A model generated the notes under the pieces. It was not told the origin of the DNA and did no database searches. It worked only from the letters and a program-made list of their open reading frames with translations. This document shows positions 62,629 to 64,000 of a stretch of 64,000 nucleotides of DNA, piece by piece. Made by a program: the position numbers and the translations under genes. Positions within the stretch are counted from its first letter, which is position 1. Every line of letters starts with the position of its first letter. The stretch is taken from the NCBI GenBank assembly GCA_963793865.1, contig CAWCBP010000014.1, forward strand, positions 192,001-256,000, written 5' to 3'. This DNA is from an uncultured delta proteobacterium (GTDB lineage: Bacteria > Desulfobacterota > WTBG01).

Positions 62629-63158
62629 ATTATATCAGGTAATAAATAATTTTATGGCGCGTATAATATATGAAATTATTTAAAATAAGCCTTAAGAAAA
62701 TTTTTTTTTATCCGAATAATAATGATATACAGTCAAACCGGTATCTGCTACCTGTTATTCCACCCGCAAACACGTTTTCGAGATTATTGACAAAAGGGTC
62801 GGTTTATAATATAAGTTATATGAGGAAATCAATGATGCATTACACTATCATTCTCCATTAATGCTGCGACGAATCATACCCTCGATTCTGACCTCATCAA
62901 TTACTGAATACGATCGAAATAAATTATAAATAACAATTAGTTAGGTATCAACAGGAAGAACAACCTCATTTTTTTATCCTTCCTTCTGTCTTTGTTTCGT
63001 TAGCTTCCATCAGTTTGAAACATCAGACAAATAGCCGGGAGGTAGCAGTTCAAGTGAGCGCATCCTGCGGCGTGAGCCGTTAATACAATGTGCTGTGCAG
63101 GACAGGTAGCGGTAAAATATACGAAAAATGCAATTTGAACGGACGGCAAAAGTTTTCT

Positions 63159-64000
63159 ATGACACATAAAAAGGTTGTTGATCAAATAAATCAGATGATT
63201 GACAAAGGCAGGCAAAGGGGCTTTCTTACCTATGGTGAGGTTGCCGCTTTATTGCCTCCGGAGGCGGCATCTCAAGATCGGCTTGATGATCTGGTGATGA
63301 CGCTTGACGAGCTTAACATCGAGGTGGTTGATGCTGTTTCTTCGCCGCAGGATCAGGCCGATACTGCGGATGATGACCATGACCAGGACCTGCCCGATGA
63401 AAAGGCCGGATTCGAAGAAGCAGCCGATGATCAATCGTACGACCCCATGGGCCGATATCTTAATGAGCTGTCCTCGGAATCACTCCTGACCCGCGCGGAA
63501 GAAGTGGAAACCGCTCAGGAGATGGAAGCGGGTGAGCAAGGTCTCATGGATGCCCTGCTTGGCGCGCCGTATACTATCAGTGAAATTGTGAGCCTGGGGA
63601 AAAAGCTTAAGTCGGGTGAGGTGTCAATACGGGAAGTAATAGAGGACTGCGGAGCGGGCGACGCGGTCAAGGATGTCGACTGGGAAAAGCGATTCCTTTC
63701 CCTGGTGGAGAAGCTGAACAGGAATGAGCAGAAGAAGCGAGCGCTGGAAATGACGCTGGCAAAGGGGCACAACCTGAGCGCGTCCAGAAAAATCGCCCTG
63801 AGGCGCACGCTTGAGCAGTATTCCAATAAGAGGGACGCGATTTTCAGATCGCTGAGGTTGCGCACGGACAGGCTTGAGCGAATAGTCCTGGGGCTCAAGG
63901 ATTGTTTAAGCCGGCTTGAAGAGCAGGAAAGGGTCATTGCTTCCTGCGTGTGCGCCTCCGGTGTTCCCCTTGATGAACTAAAAACGCTCATTCGCCGGGT
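63159..64000 (+). CDS. RpoD-like sigma70 factor, partial (absent from the ORF track because it runs off the end)
   Basis: Region 1.1 MIDKGRQRGFLTYGEV...DDLVMTLDELNIEVVD; region 1.2 DPMGRYLNEL....LLTRAEEVE. Confidence 0.85.
   Translation, partial: MTHKKVVDQINQMIDKGRQRGFLTYGEVAALLPPEAASQDRLDDLVMTLDELNIEVVDAVSSPQDQADTADDDHDQDLPDEKAGFEEAADDQSYDPMGRYLNELSSESLLTRAEEVETAQEMEAGEQGLMDALLGAPYTISEIVSLGKKLKSGEVSIREVIEDCGAGDAVKDVDWEKRFLSLVEKLNRNEQKKRALEMTLAKGHNLSASRKIALRRTLEQYSNKRDAIFRSLRLRTDRLERIVLGLKDCLSRLEEQERVIASCVCASGVPLDELKTLIRR

Noticed and set aside
788..63991. Long antisense or overlapping ORFs in the track (e.g. 788-1654, 17012-18109, 48001-49140, 60617-61618, 63515-63991)
   Set aside because: Shadow frames of well-supported genes with no motifs of their own

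Overview
Chromosomal window from an anaerobic, probably deltaproteobacterial (Desulfobacterota-like) organism; the taxonomy is inferred from gene style only. Housekeeping genes frame it: recC-recB at the left, aspS(-gatC)-gatA-gatB in the middle, and metK-ahcY plus an RpoD-like sigma factor at the right. Many single-base frameshifts occur, very densely at 42-47 kb, and look like consensus errors. Two candidate systems stand out. (1) A dispersed set of tetrapyrrole-handling homologues, with no photosynthesis genes in the window: a nitrogenase-like BchN/B- or BchY/Z-type pair with two PCP_red domains and no Fe-protein nearby; four ferredoxin-dependent bilin reductase/RCCR-like proteins (one a lipoprotein); three ferredoxins; a B12-dependent radical SAM enzyme; metal transporters; a secreted ferrochelatase-fold protein; TetR-linked OYE reductases; and a cobalamin-riboswitch-controlled HemN-like radical SAM enzyme. 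Together they suggest an undescribed anaerobic chlorophyll/heme/bilin modification or catabolic pathway. (2) Five secreted proteins share a Cys-rich duplicated dockerin-like module, with DNA-level evidence that the module is shuffled by recombination. All family calls come from motif recognition by eye, not from database searches.
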